From the NCBI GenBank assembly GCA_004022145.1, contig RCNU01000005.1: a stretch of DNA of 64,000 nucleotides, one strand, 5' to 3'. The stretch comes from Paecilomyces variotii. Taxonomy: Eukaryota. Position 1 is the stretch's first letter, and each line of letters starts with the position of its first letter. Under the pieces are notes generated by a model, which was given only the letters and a program-made list of their open reading frames with translations, was not told the origin of the DNA and did not search any database. The position numbers and the translations under genes were made by a program. This document shows positions 27,612-40,047 of this stretch, in pieces.

Positions 27612-28497
27612 TGGGACAGGACTTGATTGTAATTATTTTTTATACCCGTGCGAATAGACATGACTATTAGAGAAGATCCTTGCACTGCGATATCGTCATA
27701 ATAACGAACATATATGTTCATCATCAAGGTTTGATTTGTTCCCAGGAATTTCTTATATCTACTTTGAGCACATCTTTCCAACGCGCAGCATTAAGCATAA
27801 TATAATAATAACTTAAAAGTCCCATAATCAACTAAGGTTGATGACTGGGGGCAGACGGACAAAGATAGAATCGGCAAGCAAGAACCGTAATCGTTGGTAG
27901 GATGATCACAGGCCACGGGGCACATTATCCCGTATGCAAATAAGAAGAAGATTGAAAACTCGACGTAGGACCGTTTTAGGCAAAAGGGGGGTTGGATCTA
28001 TTTCGATGTTCTCTATAGCTCGATATGGAATTATGTAGAGGGCATTCTGGGAGGCAGTCAGTGAATCAAGGATTGCATCCGCTCCCCTTTTTAGCACAAA
28101 CATTCCTGGGTCTGGACTCTTGATGTTCTACGGCAGTCAGTGTTTTGATAACCTTTTTAAGGTATTCGGTCCCGCCGGGATCGCAGCCGGTCAAGTGATC
28201 GGTTCCTGGGCTTAATGCACGTTAAAATTGGCCACTGGGATTTCTATGAGTATCCAAACATCATCGGCATCGGATTCAAACGGTTGTTTGCCGGTGTAAT
28301 CGATATGATATGGCGTGGTGAACTACATGTCAAGCTGGTCGCGATGGCTATTTAGAAGAGCAGATGCCTGGAAGTTCGAGGGTTGTCAACAGAACCTCCA
28401 AAACACACTTCAATCGTCAGGATTAGGGCTTAACAGACTCTATCTTCTTTTCTTCTCTTACTAGGAGGACGTACCTTCGGCCACTGGTCTATTCATA

Positions 28498-29614
28498 ATG
28501 TCTTTCTTGAGGAACTTCTTTGGTACCTCCGCAACAGCGGAGAAGGATCTTGCGAAGAATGACAGGAAAAAGCCTGTCCGTGCTTTGCCCGCTTCCTGGT
28601 ATACCTCCCAGGAGATGTTTGAGCTTGAACGACGATCTATCTTTTCCCGGAAATGGCTCCTCACCACGCATAAGCATAGAGTCGCCAATCCCGGTGACTT
28701 TGTTGAATATGATATCGCCGGCTACGATTTCATCATCTCCAAGGACCACCAAGGAAGCATCGATGCTTTTCATAAGAGTGACACATTCCCTATCCATGTC
28801 CACGTTGACAGGAACGGTTTTATCTGGGTCAACTTGGATGCTAGCGAGACCCCCGAGGTTGCCTGGAAGGACGACTTTGATGGTGTCGATGAGCAGCCCC
28901 GATTCGACTATTATAACTTCGAAGATTACGTCTTTGACCACACGTGGGATCAAGATGGAGAGTTCAACTGGAAGATTCTGGCCGACAACTACAACGAGTG
29001 CTACCACTGCCTCGTCGCCCACCCCGATATTCCCACAATTGCTGATCTTAACTCCTACTATGTGAAAACCAAGGCCGGTCACATCCAACACTACGGCGCC
29101 GCGCGACCCGAGCAGATCGAGAAGGGCTTTCGGATCGCCGTTACTTACTTCTGGCCCAATGCCTCTTTTAATATTTCGTAAGTATATCACTCCCACTGCA
29201 GTTGGTTGGAACATTGCTGACCTCTTCAGCCCTCACTTTTTCTTCATACAGCGATTTACTCCCGTCAGCCCCACTAAATCAGTAATGCGATATGAAGTCT
29301 ACCGCAATAAGAGTTCCAGCGATGAGGACTTCAACCTTATCAGCGACATGTATAAACGTATCATGTCTGAGGACAAATACCTATGCGTTAACACCCAGAA
29401 GAACCTCAACGCCGGTGTCTTTGTCAACGGCGAGCTTCACCCGGAGAAGGAAATGGGACCTCTTTACTTCCAGAGTACTGTGCGCGAGGTCGTCATGGAA
29501 CACCACAAGAAGGAGCAAGCTGCTGGCCACGAAATCTCGCCCGCTCATCAAACTTCTCCAAGTAACGATACTGTCAGACAGGACAATGGACAGCTACAGC
29601 GCAGAGAGGAATGA
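28498..29614 (+). CDS. Choline monooxygenase-like ring-hydroxylating oxygenase alpha subunit lacking the Rieske CxH/CxxH segment
   Basis: ALPASWY..ELERRSIFSRKW, NWKILADNYNECYHCLVAHP and MSEDKYLC are present; one intron at ~29178-29229. Confidence 0.8.
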
Positions 29615-30731
29615 TACAATTGACACTCTTGCTACACCAATTGCTGTCTAGAAAATCCCTCGTGGAGGTAAAATGGAGAAGAGCTATTCGTGCTATAATT
29701 GCTCTCGGGGACTCCCTACCAAGGACACTAAGAAGGCTTTCCCACGCACTGGGTTCCATGATGATGATTCAGGACACTTAGTTTTCTTTAGAAGAATTTA
29801 GCCATGATGAAGTTGGTCCTTTTAATATGTAATCCGCTGCTTCTATTGCTATTTCTTACGAATTGGGGTACATATGAATGTATTAAAAATGACAATCATG
29901 TGCCGAAATGAAATCAGGTCCGTCCTAGACCCTGAACACGTAGAAATATGCCAACAGCGATCGGCCAATGAACAGTATTCAAAGTCAAAATTTGACAGAT
30001 CTTCCTTCGTGTTGTGTTTTAAGGATAAGTGGTCGCTGGTGATCTATCTGGGCTATAGAAGCTTAACTTTGACCACTAGCTTTCCTACATAACAAATCGG
30101 AACCCGATTGTGATAGTAACGGAAATACAGATGGAATATTCAAATTACCTAGATGATACGACTCACAGCTCACTTGGCTCATATCTACTAGATCTATCCA
30201 GTCATTGTTTTCAATGCCTATGTGAGATCAGTATGGGATATCTTGAATCTTGGTAAATTGCCATCTTGGAGTTTTCTATTTTACTTATCCTCGATTATCA
30301 GAGATCCTATTGCTCTCATTATCAATAAACCCTTTATGGAGGCAGTTTAATTATTAGATATTGCTGTTCCTTTCGGTGAATTCTCGACTAAAGTAATACA
30401 ACAGAATAAACAAAGAGCTATACGAACAGAAAGGAAGGAGACAGCCACACCAGAGTCACGGGATCTAGACAGATATCGATCGCAGCTCCATTCACTTTGT
30501 CTGTTCCAGTGTCATTTCATCTGTTTTGCTACCTGTTTCCGCTTTGTCTCCTCTATCTGCTTTGTCTAATTTGCGGCTGCAGGTACAGTGGCTTCGTCTG
30601 CTTTGCAAGACTTCCCTATTTTATCTCTTTGCTAGCTCCTGCTACCTCATGAATTTTTTACCTACAGAAGTTTCAGTGAACGAACAATTCTAAACCATAC
30701 TTCTCCTGTCTTCAGGACATTTCGTGACAGA

Positions 30732-32208
30732 ATGAAACCCGCACACTTTTCTTTGGAAAAGGCCATTCGTCCTAACATCCTCGTTTCGCCCAAGTTCATC
30801 ACGAGCACCTCGGATGAGCTCCAGGCCCGCAGCAAGATTCTTCTCGATGCCAATGAGAATTCGTCCGGGACTTGTCTCGAATCGCTGACAAAGGTGAATA
30901 ACGATGGAGACACCGATCACTTGCTGGGCTCTATCTTTGCGGGAGCAACTCCTCTCAATCGGTACCCGTCGGCGTCACAGGCTAAGTTGAAGAGCCTTAT
31001 TGCAGACTCCAAGAAGCAATGGGGTATGTACTAGCTTTTAAGAATAATTTCTTCATTGAACCTCTTTGCTAATGGGGAATTTAAATTGCAGGAATTACAA
31101 AGGAGATGATCTGTCTGGGAACAGGGGCCGCTGATATCATTGATCTGGTCATACGAGTCACCTGTCGACCAGGGTTGGATGCTATTCTAGTTACACCCCC
31201 AACGTTCGGACTGTACATGTTTCGGGCTGCGCTGAACCAGGCAGATACAGTGCCATGTCCCTTGGATGCTTCTTTCAACTTGAAACTGAAGGAGGTATGA
31301 ATTCATACTTGGTTGTGTCTGCTGCATTAAGATCTGATTGGTTTAACAGGTCTATAAGGAACTAGATAACAATCCTAACGTAAAGCTGGTTTTCCTGGCG
31401 TCTCCGGGTAACCCAACGGGAACACTGATTCCACTGGAAGATATCCAAGCAGTGCTGGACTATCCAGGTAAGTCGATGTAATTTGACAGAGGATATGATA
31501 TCCATTGACAGCTTGAAAGGTTTCAACGGATACGTGGTGGTTGACGAAGCCTATATCGACTACGCCAACCACCCAGACACGGCAACATCGTTGAATCTCT
31601 TCTCAGAGTATGCAAATCTCATCGTAATCCAAACCTTCAGCAAGGGCCCAGGACTGGCTGGTCTTCGGTAAGATCCTTTCTATCGTTATTTTATTTTATT
31701 TTTCTATTTTACCTTTCTTATTACGTCCTTCCAAACTGACTAGCATAGTCTCGGGATAGCATTCGCCCATCCAGAAACCATTAAGATGTTGGATAAAGTT
31801 CAAGTGCCGTACTGCATTCCAACCACCACCTCCATTCTAGCCCAAGCAGGCATGTCTCCAAATGGCCGGCGGTCACAGAAACTGCTTGTGCAGAAAGTAG
31901 TTGCGAACCAAGAGTCTCTTACTCGAGCGCTGACAGAACCCAGCATGGCTGAGCTCGGCATCGGAAAGCCACTTGGGGCAGGAGAAGCCAACTTTATCCT
32001 TCTACCTATTCTGAGTCGGACTTCCAATGCTCCTGACTCAATGCGCGCTGAGTTGACCGCTCAGAAGCTGCAGGAAGACTATGGCATTTCGGTTCGGTAC
32101 GTTGGAATGATGCCGCATTGTGAAGGTTGTCTGCGGATCACCGTTGGTACCGACCAGGAAAATGGCGAGCTTGTCAAAGGATTGATGAAGATATTGCCAG
32201 AAATTTGA
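30732..32208 (+). CDS. Histidinol-phosphate aminotransferase-like (His5 paralogue)
   Basis: LLDANEN, LNRYP, PPTFGLY, SPGNPTG, VVVDEAY, TFSKGPGLAGLR (PLP lysine) and LRITVGT. Confidence 0.85.
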
Positions 32209-32910
32209 GCGAGAAGTTTCCGACGCAATGGGACGAGAATAGCTTTGCAATTCTATCTGGCTTTTTTCCAAATAGTCGCAGACGATACGTAGTCATGTGA
32301 AGAACAACAGTCATGAGATTCCTCCTTTGAAGTAAAATCACGACTTAGCCTTGTCAATTCCCAGAAAGCCCACATGTACTTAGGACCTTGCGAAAAGTCT
32401 CATAATACTCAGATCTGCCTCCAGGAACGCGTCGCTGAGATTCGTGTCGGTGACAAGAAAATGTCGCTTTTCTAGCCACGCAATGGTGAATCGAACGTAC
32501 TCCAGCGTCTTTTCCTAGTGTTCAGGCAGTATAGTAGCTTCATGTTGATACTGCGGGTCGTTCTTATGGGTCATGGGATGGTCTGATCCGGCTGTTGTAT
32601 CTATCCGCGCAGGCCTCGGCCTCCGTGGCATCCAAGACTTTCGCTTTCTGGTATCATACCGCGGAGATCTCCCATGTTGACCCACGGGGTATTTAGGATA
32701 GATCTGAATATCTTCAATATTTTGCACCATAGTGGGCTTCCCCACGATACTAGGGAAATACTCCTGGAACGAGTAAGCTACACGTTCAAACTTCGGAAAT
32801 AAGGATTAGTGCCCCTATTTAAGACAGTTAAAGCCACATTCCCGTGAAGAAAGCCATACTCTCAATCCATCTTTCGAAGATAGTTTCCTGTCAAGACCCA
32901 ACCGTGCGAG

Positions 32911-33805
32911 ATGGCAGACGCAATACATGTTCTCAATGCGACAGCGACGATTACTCACAACTACTATCCACCAACTATACAACTACCCCATTATGTAGCA
33001 AACGACGGTACAGTGCCCTCATTAATCGCTCGATTCGGGGCTCTCTGGGCAACTCTTGTTGGAGGGGCCTTTGCTACGATCTATTATGTGCGACCTAGAG
33101 CTAGCCGGTCAGATCAGATCGCGTTTATCTGGATGTGCTTCAGTGGGTGCCTCCTCTCCTTGTTGAGTAGAATATTACGGAATACCCATGGATTGACGTA
33201 TAACACCACAGCGGGATTTATCCATTTCTTCTTCGAGGCATACTTTGTCGTTAACCACAAAACACTTGCTGGTTCTCGAGAACTATTCGGGCAGCTATGG
33301 AAAGAGTATTCTCTCTCTGACTCCCGATACTTGACATCCGATGCTTTCGTAGTCTGCATGGAAGCCATAACCGCAGTATGTCAATGTTTTTTGAAACTAT
33401 CTACAACCTTATCGAACTGAAACATACTCACTTCATTTATAGTTCTGCTGGGGCCCTCTTTCCTTTATCATCGCTTATTGCATCGCCACGCAGCATCCCG
33501 CACGTCATCCTCTCCAGCTTATTGTCTCTCTAGGCCAGATCTATGGGGATATTCTTTACTATGGAACGAGTCTGTTCGATATCTCGTACTGCCGGCCAGA
33601 GAAATACTATTTCTGGTTTTACTATGTTTTCTTCAATTTCATCTGGGTGGTTGTTCCTTTCTGTGAGTATATCTCTTTTCTGTATGGCATGACGTGAGGT
33701 CGTTGCTGATATTCTATAGATTATATGAGACAGAGCTTTGTCGAAATCGTGAGGGCTTTTAGGAAGATCGGGGAACAGTCATTTGTCCCAACGAAGAAGT
33801 CATGA
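32911..33805 (+). CDS. Emopamil-binding protein / sterol delta8-delta7 isomerase (EXPERA)
   Basis: IHFFFEAYF, GQLWKEYSLSDSRY, CMEAIT, SLGQIYG, YFWFYYVFFN; C-terminal KKS. Confidence 0.88.
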
Positions 33806-34152
33806 TTGAGGCTCATTCCGTCGGTAGAGTTCAACGTTGACCCCATCCGTCGATGCTGGTGAAGGTGACGCCAAGATCTTCTGCAACTGTATCATCGGAC
33901 CAGTTAGGAGTAATCAGCGGGTAGAAATAATTAGCTAAAGATTGAGACTACATCTTAATGCAATCAATTTCGGTTCATTTTGCACTAGCACCCAGTAGGC
34001 AATCTCCCTTGCCTTCCGCTTTGAGTCCGTGTAGCACACAGTAGATAGCTTAGATAGCCTTGAGCTCTCGAGCTCGATTCCTCCATAATCAAGCATCTTC
34101 CGTAGCCCCCGAGAGTTTAACATTCACGTCCAGACCGAACAGAGATAATGAT

Positions 34153-35588
34153 TTACTCTAAATGCCTCCCGTTCGAACTTACGGCAGCTTTATCCCTGAA
34201 CGCACCTCTCGCTGGGCCCCGCACATATGGTTCTAGGGGAAAGACCTGCGACTCAGGAGTTATTCCATCATAGAGTGATTTCCATGTTCTGGACAACTGC
34301 TCCGGTGTGACCCAAGCATTCTCGGGATCCCGTTGCCAAAGGCGAATCAAGTGCCGTCTGCAAAAGCTTTCATTAATATGATGAAAAATGGGCAAAGTGA
34401 AGAAGGCTAGGGACTCACTGCTGCTCAGGGGTATCTTGGAATTCATCCCGGGCGTGGAAGATACTTAGATTGTTGATATATTGAATGTCACCTTTGCGAA
34501 AGTCGAGACCGACTGCATGTTTCTCAGCCAGGAAATGCAGTGCGTCCAATGCCTCTGCTTGTGCTTCCGTGATTGGGGGAATGTCTTTTGATCGAGGCAG
34601 CGCTTGGAATCCGGTGAAGCTTCGACGCGCATACTGGATTAGAACTCTCTCCGGCTGTTTCTCCGTGGCAGGCTGGTAGAAGAGTAATGGGCGTAGGTGG
34701 TAAGGTGACGAGGGGTTCCCGAATCTATCACTCTAGTTAGTACATGTTCATCGAGAACAGGAAACAGCAAGCTGAAGCTCAATCGTACCCATCGAAAGGC
34801 CAACCCTCCGCAAGTGTCCTGATGAGGTCCGGACGCGTCTCCGCCAGTTCATTATAGACCCTCCAGCTACTGGCCAACTTGCTCTGTCCACCAGACGCAG
34901 CTGTGCTGAGCGCAAAGAGGGATATGATATCCCCTTGATCGGTGTGAAAAACTTGCTTATCAGTTGTGTATGCCGGGGCCCCGATCCTATCTTTATTCTT
35001 TTCCACAGTACTGAGGTCTTTGATGTGGTTGAGCATTACGTCCGCCGGCTTTCCATCGAAGGACGAGTCCTGCCGACCTCGGATCGAAGCAATGTGTGCG
35101 GAGATACCAGCGTAGATAATCACATTTTCCTCGCGAGAGTACTTGTCGACTGGTAATCCTCGGATCACTTTGAACCCGTGACCATTGTGCAGTTCATTCG
35201 ACACTTCTCTTAGTATAGGATGGAGGTTCGGGAGTGGGAAGGTCTCCTGGTCAACGAACCCGATTGGTTTATCAAGAGCTTTGCAAGTTAGGATATAGAT
35301 AGCTGAAACCCAGAAAGCGTCTCACTTACATCTAAAGTGCATCAACGCGGTCTGGATCTCCTCCAAATCAGCCTCAGTGAGAACATATGTCCAATCATAA
35401 CGGTCTTGAATATCTGAACCCTCCCAAACGAGATCCGAGACGAGCTTCTTGGGGAAACCTGCCGGGAGCTCCTTAGACAGGGTTTCGGTTCGTAGTCGAT
35501 GCTCCGTTCTCGCGCGCCATTTATCAAAGTCTGGCGCATACTGAATATCTGGCTGCTTTGCAGCAGTGACAGTTACAGTCGTCGACAT
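34153..35588 (-). CDS. TauD/TfdA (clavaminate synthase-like) Fe(II)/2-OG dioxygenase
   Basis: QVFHTDQGD (HxD), GG-S-LASSWRVYNELA, NNLSIFHARD, RHLIRLW; multi-exon. Confidence 0.87.
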
Positions 35589-35798
35589 GATGGATGGATA
35601 GGCGAGTATGAATGACCAGAGAAAAGAGATGTGGAGATGGAGACTGCCCACAGTTGGAGACCAGGCTAACTTATAGATTCACCCTCGGTCCTCGATTCGT
35701 AATCCTACAGCCAGCATACAGGGATCATGTTTGGCTGTGCTATACGATGCCTATCTGAATAAATGTATGGTGCAACGAGCGTATCATTTCGGTCGGTA

Positions 35799-35808
35799 AT
35801 GATACCAT
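35799..35808. promoter_or_regulatory. Candidate MetR/CYS-3 site
   Basis: ATGATACCAT fits ATGRYRYCAT, ~210 bp upstream of the TauD-like start. Confidence 0.35.
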
Positions 35809-36950
35809 CGACACTAACCCGCTTGGCGCGTTGGATCTATAAGTATTCCAACTCTTGTTCTGAACTACAGCTCTTGCGTCATTTTACTACTACCGGTAGA
35901 AAAATTCATTGATTGGATGGGTGTTAAATGAACTATATATACATGTAACGTTGTGTCTCCTTAGGACTATGCACTTCAGGACTCACGGACAGGAAACGAG
36001 ATAATGATTAGTCTCAGGCCAGGCAATCTATTTCGATCAAGTACTGGATCACGCAGCTGGAAACTCGGTCTTCTTTTCATGCACTACATCATCATCTTCA
36101 TTGCCGCTTTGACTACTAGGAGTTGTAGTCCGATCACATCGAAAACATGGTGGCCTTTGCTCTCGCACTTGGTGATTTACCTTTTTTGGAATGACATGCA
36201 AGAAAGCAGGATAATTAGAGAGGAAGCAGCTTACGAACGGAGTAGACTTCTTTCTGTGGCATAGATAAGCCTTGGGAAAACCTGTGACTTTCTATGCTAA
36301 TCTGCCCATGTTGCGTGTCTAGCTCATGGTACATTTATTCATTTTTTACTGGGTTGGGAAAATAAAGATTTTTAACCCCGCTCCTGTAATCAGCATAAAC
36401 TGTCACATTAGAGCAAAATAAAGTAAGTGCAGTCTGCTCGTAAATATCTAAACTGCATTCCAGCTTCAAATTGCGCTGTGTGGACCGTAAACTAAAAGAT
36501 AAACATAATCCATCTCACGTAAGAATCCACAACTTTGCAATTAACTAAGTAACTAGAGTACGCGCTCTGACTACCCCAACACATCTCAACATGCGCATTT
36601 CCAAAGCTCCAACCAATGAGGCATTGAGCATGCCATTTCTCTCCAAGAACCCCATTTCTCATTTCCTCCAAACGCGCAATATCAGCAAACAATCATTCAA
36701 GACATCCTCGACCATTTCCCCCTTTCTGGCTCGATTTGTTGTTCGCAGCCCGCTCCCGCCGCCGGTTATTCGTACCGGTCTCGGACATCTCACCGCGGAC
36801 GCGAAGAACGGAGATAATAATAGTAAAGTAGGATCAATACTAATACAAAGAAACGCGCGAACTCACGGTTCCTCTTATTTCCTAAATCAAAACGTTCCGA
36901 GAGTATTTTCGACAAGACGACAATTCAGTTCTGAGTCTAAAGTCGCAACT

Positions 36951-37897
36951 ATGTCTGCGAACAAGGATATCGCTACGCTCGCCGAGGAAGTTAGGAAAGT
37001 CTTACCGGAGAGGTTTCGGGATGATGCGTGGTATTTGATTGTTGTATGTTTTATATCCTGATTTTTTTTTCTTTAATTTTAATTCAATTGCTCATGATGC
37101 ACGGGACTAACCCTTTCTTTCTTCTGCGCATTGTAACGGAATTCATAACTAACAAATCCTCCCAGGCCTCAACGCTCGTAGCATGCAACAAGCCCGAAGA
37201 ACTCGGACCTCTGTATACATACATTACAGAAACGAGTTCCGGCACGGCGCTCAACTACGAAGCTCAAAAGCGAGTCAAAGCTCGATTGAGCGATTTGCTC
37301 ATGAAGGAATGGACGCTTGTCGGAATCCCAGTCGTCGTGATAGCGATTACTGCGCTAGCTAAAGTCGAGAAGGGAGTGAAGGAGGAGGATGTCAAAGTTC
37401 CTGAGAAGAGGTGTGTTTCGTTTTCCTTTCCCTATGAAAATTGGCTGGTCAATGAGTTGAATAGAAAAAAAAAAAAAAAAAAAAAAAACTAATACCAGTG
37501 CAGAAAGTCCATCGATATTAACAGTGCGATTCCCGAGCGAGGAACTAAATTCCTCCAAGCGGTGTATAAGGAGAATTTGGCTCCGATCTTCGCCTCGTGG
37601 GGTTCCTACGGACCGGATTTCGAGTGGATGGAAAAAGCGGTTATCTACGGTTTATTCCTCTCTGATCATGAGGTACTCTCGCCTGTCGAGACGGAATTGG
37701 TCTGCGTCTCGGCGATCATGTGCGGGGGCTGGAGGGCGCCTACGATTTGGCATCTGCGCGGTCTGAGGAGGATGGGAGTAAGTGAGGCGGATGTGGAGAT
37801 GGTGCAGCAGGCGATTGAGATCGTGGCGAAGTGGTCTGGGAAGGATGTTACGGGGTGGCCGAGGGTCAAGGATGTGCCAGATGTTATCGATGATTAA
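36951..37897 (+). CDS. AhpD/carboxymuconolactone decarboxylase-like protein
   Basis: WYLI..STL, LMKEWTLVGIP, YGLFLSDHEVLSPVETEL and WHLRGLRRMG; two introns. An in-frame upstream ATG lies at 36591. Confidence 0.7.
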
Positions 37898-38277
37898 GAC
37901 GGGGAAATTCTGCGTTTACTGTTCATGAATTGTTTATCCTGAAGAAAAGCAATTGCTGTCGTCATAGACATAGAATGCATCTATAAATACATGAGGTGTG
38001 ATCACTACTCGATCAATAGTCAAGAGAGATTAACTAGTGTAGCGGAAATGCAATGCCAGTGGATGTGGCATAGATAAACCTCGACATTTCAGATATATGC
38101 ACCGTATCCATGCACCGGGCACTCTGAAATAATTCAGGCCAGTGGAAATCTCCTAAGAAGGCCTCACAGGGGCTGCTGGTGAAGATAGCCTCTCCATCTG
38201 AGAAAGAAACCCTTCGTATCTGTGTATCCCGTACGATGTATCAAGGTTGGAATCGACGACGGACAAGATACCATCAC

Positions 38278-39237
38278 CTAACGCCACTGGATACCGAATA
38301 TCTTCAATGGACCCTTCCCACCTTTGATCTTATCCGCAGCATTCTCGAGATAAATCCGCTGGTGGCCTGCAGAAATGTCAGATATAATAGACCGCGCCAG
38401 AAATGTTGAAAAGTGACTTACCTTTGATATCCACTGCAAGAAGCAGGTATTCGTACTCCCACTGATCCGGTTGCCTGACCATATGCAGGTTGACGTGACC
38501 CTCATTGCGAGGTCCCTCAACCTAAACCACATTAGTTTTGTACATATATTCAACGCAGTATTGCTACCCACCCAAAATTGCATTTTCAAGTGCTCTCGAC
38601 CCGACTGGTCTGTCTCAACATTGGTCCTGCATGGAGTCAGCATAAGCTGAAAGTTACTATTACTATAGCCCGCAATAACATACGCAATGGGTCTGTTCCT
38701 AGCCCATCTGCTCCCTGTACTGCTGCCATGAGCGACGATCTCTTTGGGGTCTCCCAGCAGCTCCGTACACCGCGGGTCATCCTTAATGCGATCCACGGCT
38801 TTGTCGAACTGTCTAGTTGGGCTGTTCGGGGAGAGGACGTCGGTGAAGAGGAAATAGAAAACACCGCCCTATCACCATGATCGAAGAGTCAGATATACGG
38901 TTCCCTTTGGCTCAAATCCAATTGCAAGGAACCAACTAACCGTCATAACAGCACCGATCAGCACAACCACAAAGTTGAAGGACTGCTGCGTCGCGCGAGC
39001 AGCCTTCTCCGTTCCACTGAGTTCCGACCAGGGCAGTCGGCCATCATCTGACATAACAGTAATCTGCCTCCTTCTTGTACCGCCGGGAGCTGAGCCATCG
39101 CGGCCTAGGTTACTGTGCGTCGCATACGAGCGGGAGATGTCGAGCGTGCGGGGACTGGCGGAGCGGAGCAGGGCGGAGACTGAATTCAGTCTCGACGCCC
39201 GCGGAAGGGAGGAGCTAAGCTTGAGATAGCGATTCAT
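38278..39237 (-). CDS. TIM21: Mitochondrial import translocase subunit Tim21
   Basis: Arg/Ser-rich presequence, WSELS..EKAARATQQSFNF plus TM, RIKDDPRC, WARNRPI, GHQRIYLE, IFGIQWR. Confidence 0.9.
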
Positions 39238-40047
39238 GGAGACCGGCAGTCATTTCCCGTCATTGGGGCTGTGCCTATGATCGGGGAGAATTGGCGCAAC
39301 GGCTTTCCAGAATAAAAAAATCGTTGAGCTGTTCCGCATCATTCAAGCTCCGCGTGGGGATGGCCGAGAATGGACATGATCACGTGATACTATATTCCCG
39401 CCTGGATATACTCGCCTAGATAGTCATTGCTTTGCTGAAGTAGAGCGGTCAGAGTCAGATGCATAGATGGAGAAGATCTAATCGCGTCTTCTATGTGCTG
39501 AAGGGATCTTTCCCATGTCCTCTCATACTGCTATCCCCGTCGCCAGAAGATGAACCGCGGATTATCGCGTGACAGTCGCTACAGGAGATTCAGGGGCATA
39601 AATCTTGTTGTACAGTAGCCAATTTTTACTTTAATTTCTGCCCAAACTATTACTCCGTAATAGAGTAATTACTCTCATTAGAGGAACTAAACGATGTATT
39701 ATTATTACTTCAATCTCCCTTTTCTCAAAGCGCTCCACAACTCCGGCCGGCGGCGATAATTGCGATATTTATTATTTGCCTCGGAAGTTGAGGCGCTAAC
39801 CCCATATTGGCAATCACCAAACCGCAAAAAGCCACAAATTGCCGATCCGGGAATCTGCAAATCCCACTTGGGACAGGCGGGAGCATCCTCCATCTCCGAC
39901 CACGTTCCCTCCCGACTTCCTGGAAGCGTGTCCCCGAGAGAGCCATACACTCCAAGTTTCCCCCTCGGAGACTCCCTCGACAGCTTCTTTCTCTCCTCGA
40001 TTCTTAGATTCTCTTGGCGCACACGTCTCATCATCCACTCACCCATC

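Noticed and set aside
28489-29214. Long antisense ORFs (also 58446-59072, 60718-61443, 46078-46608)
   Set aside because: Shadows of codon-biased genes on the opposite strand.
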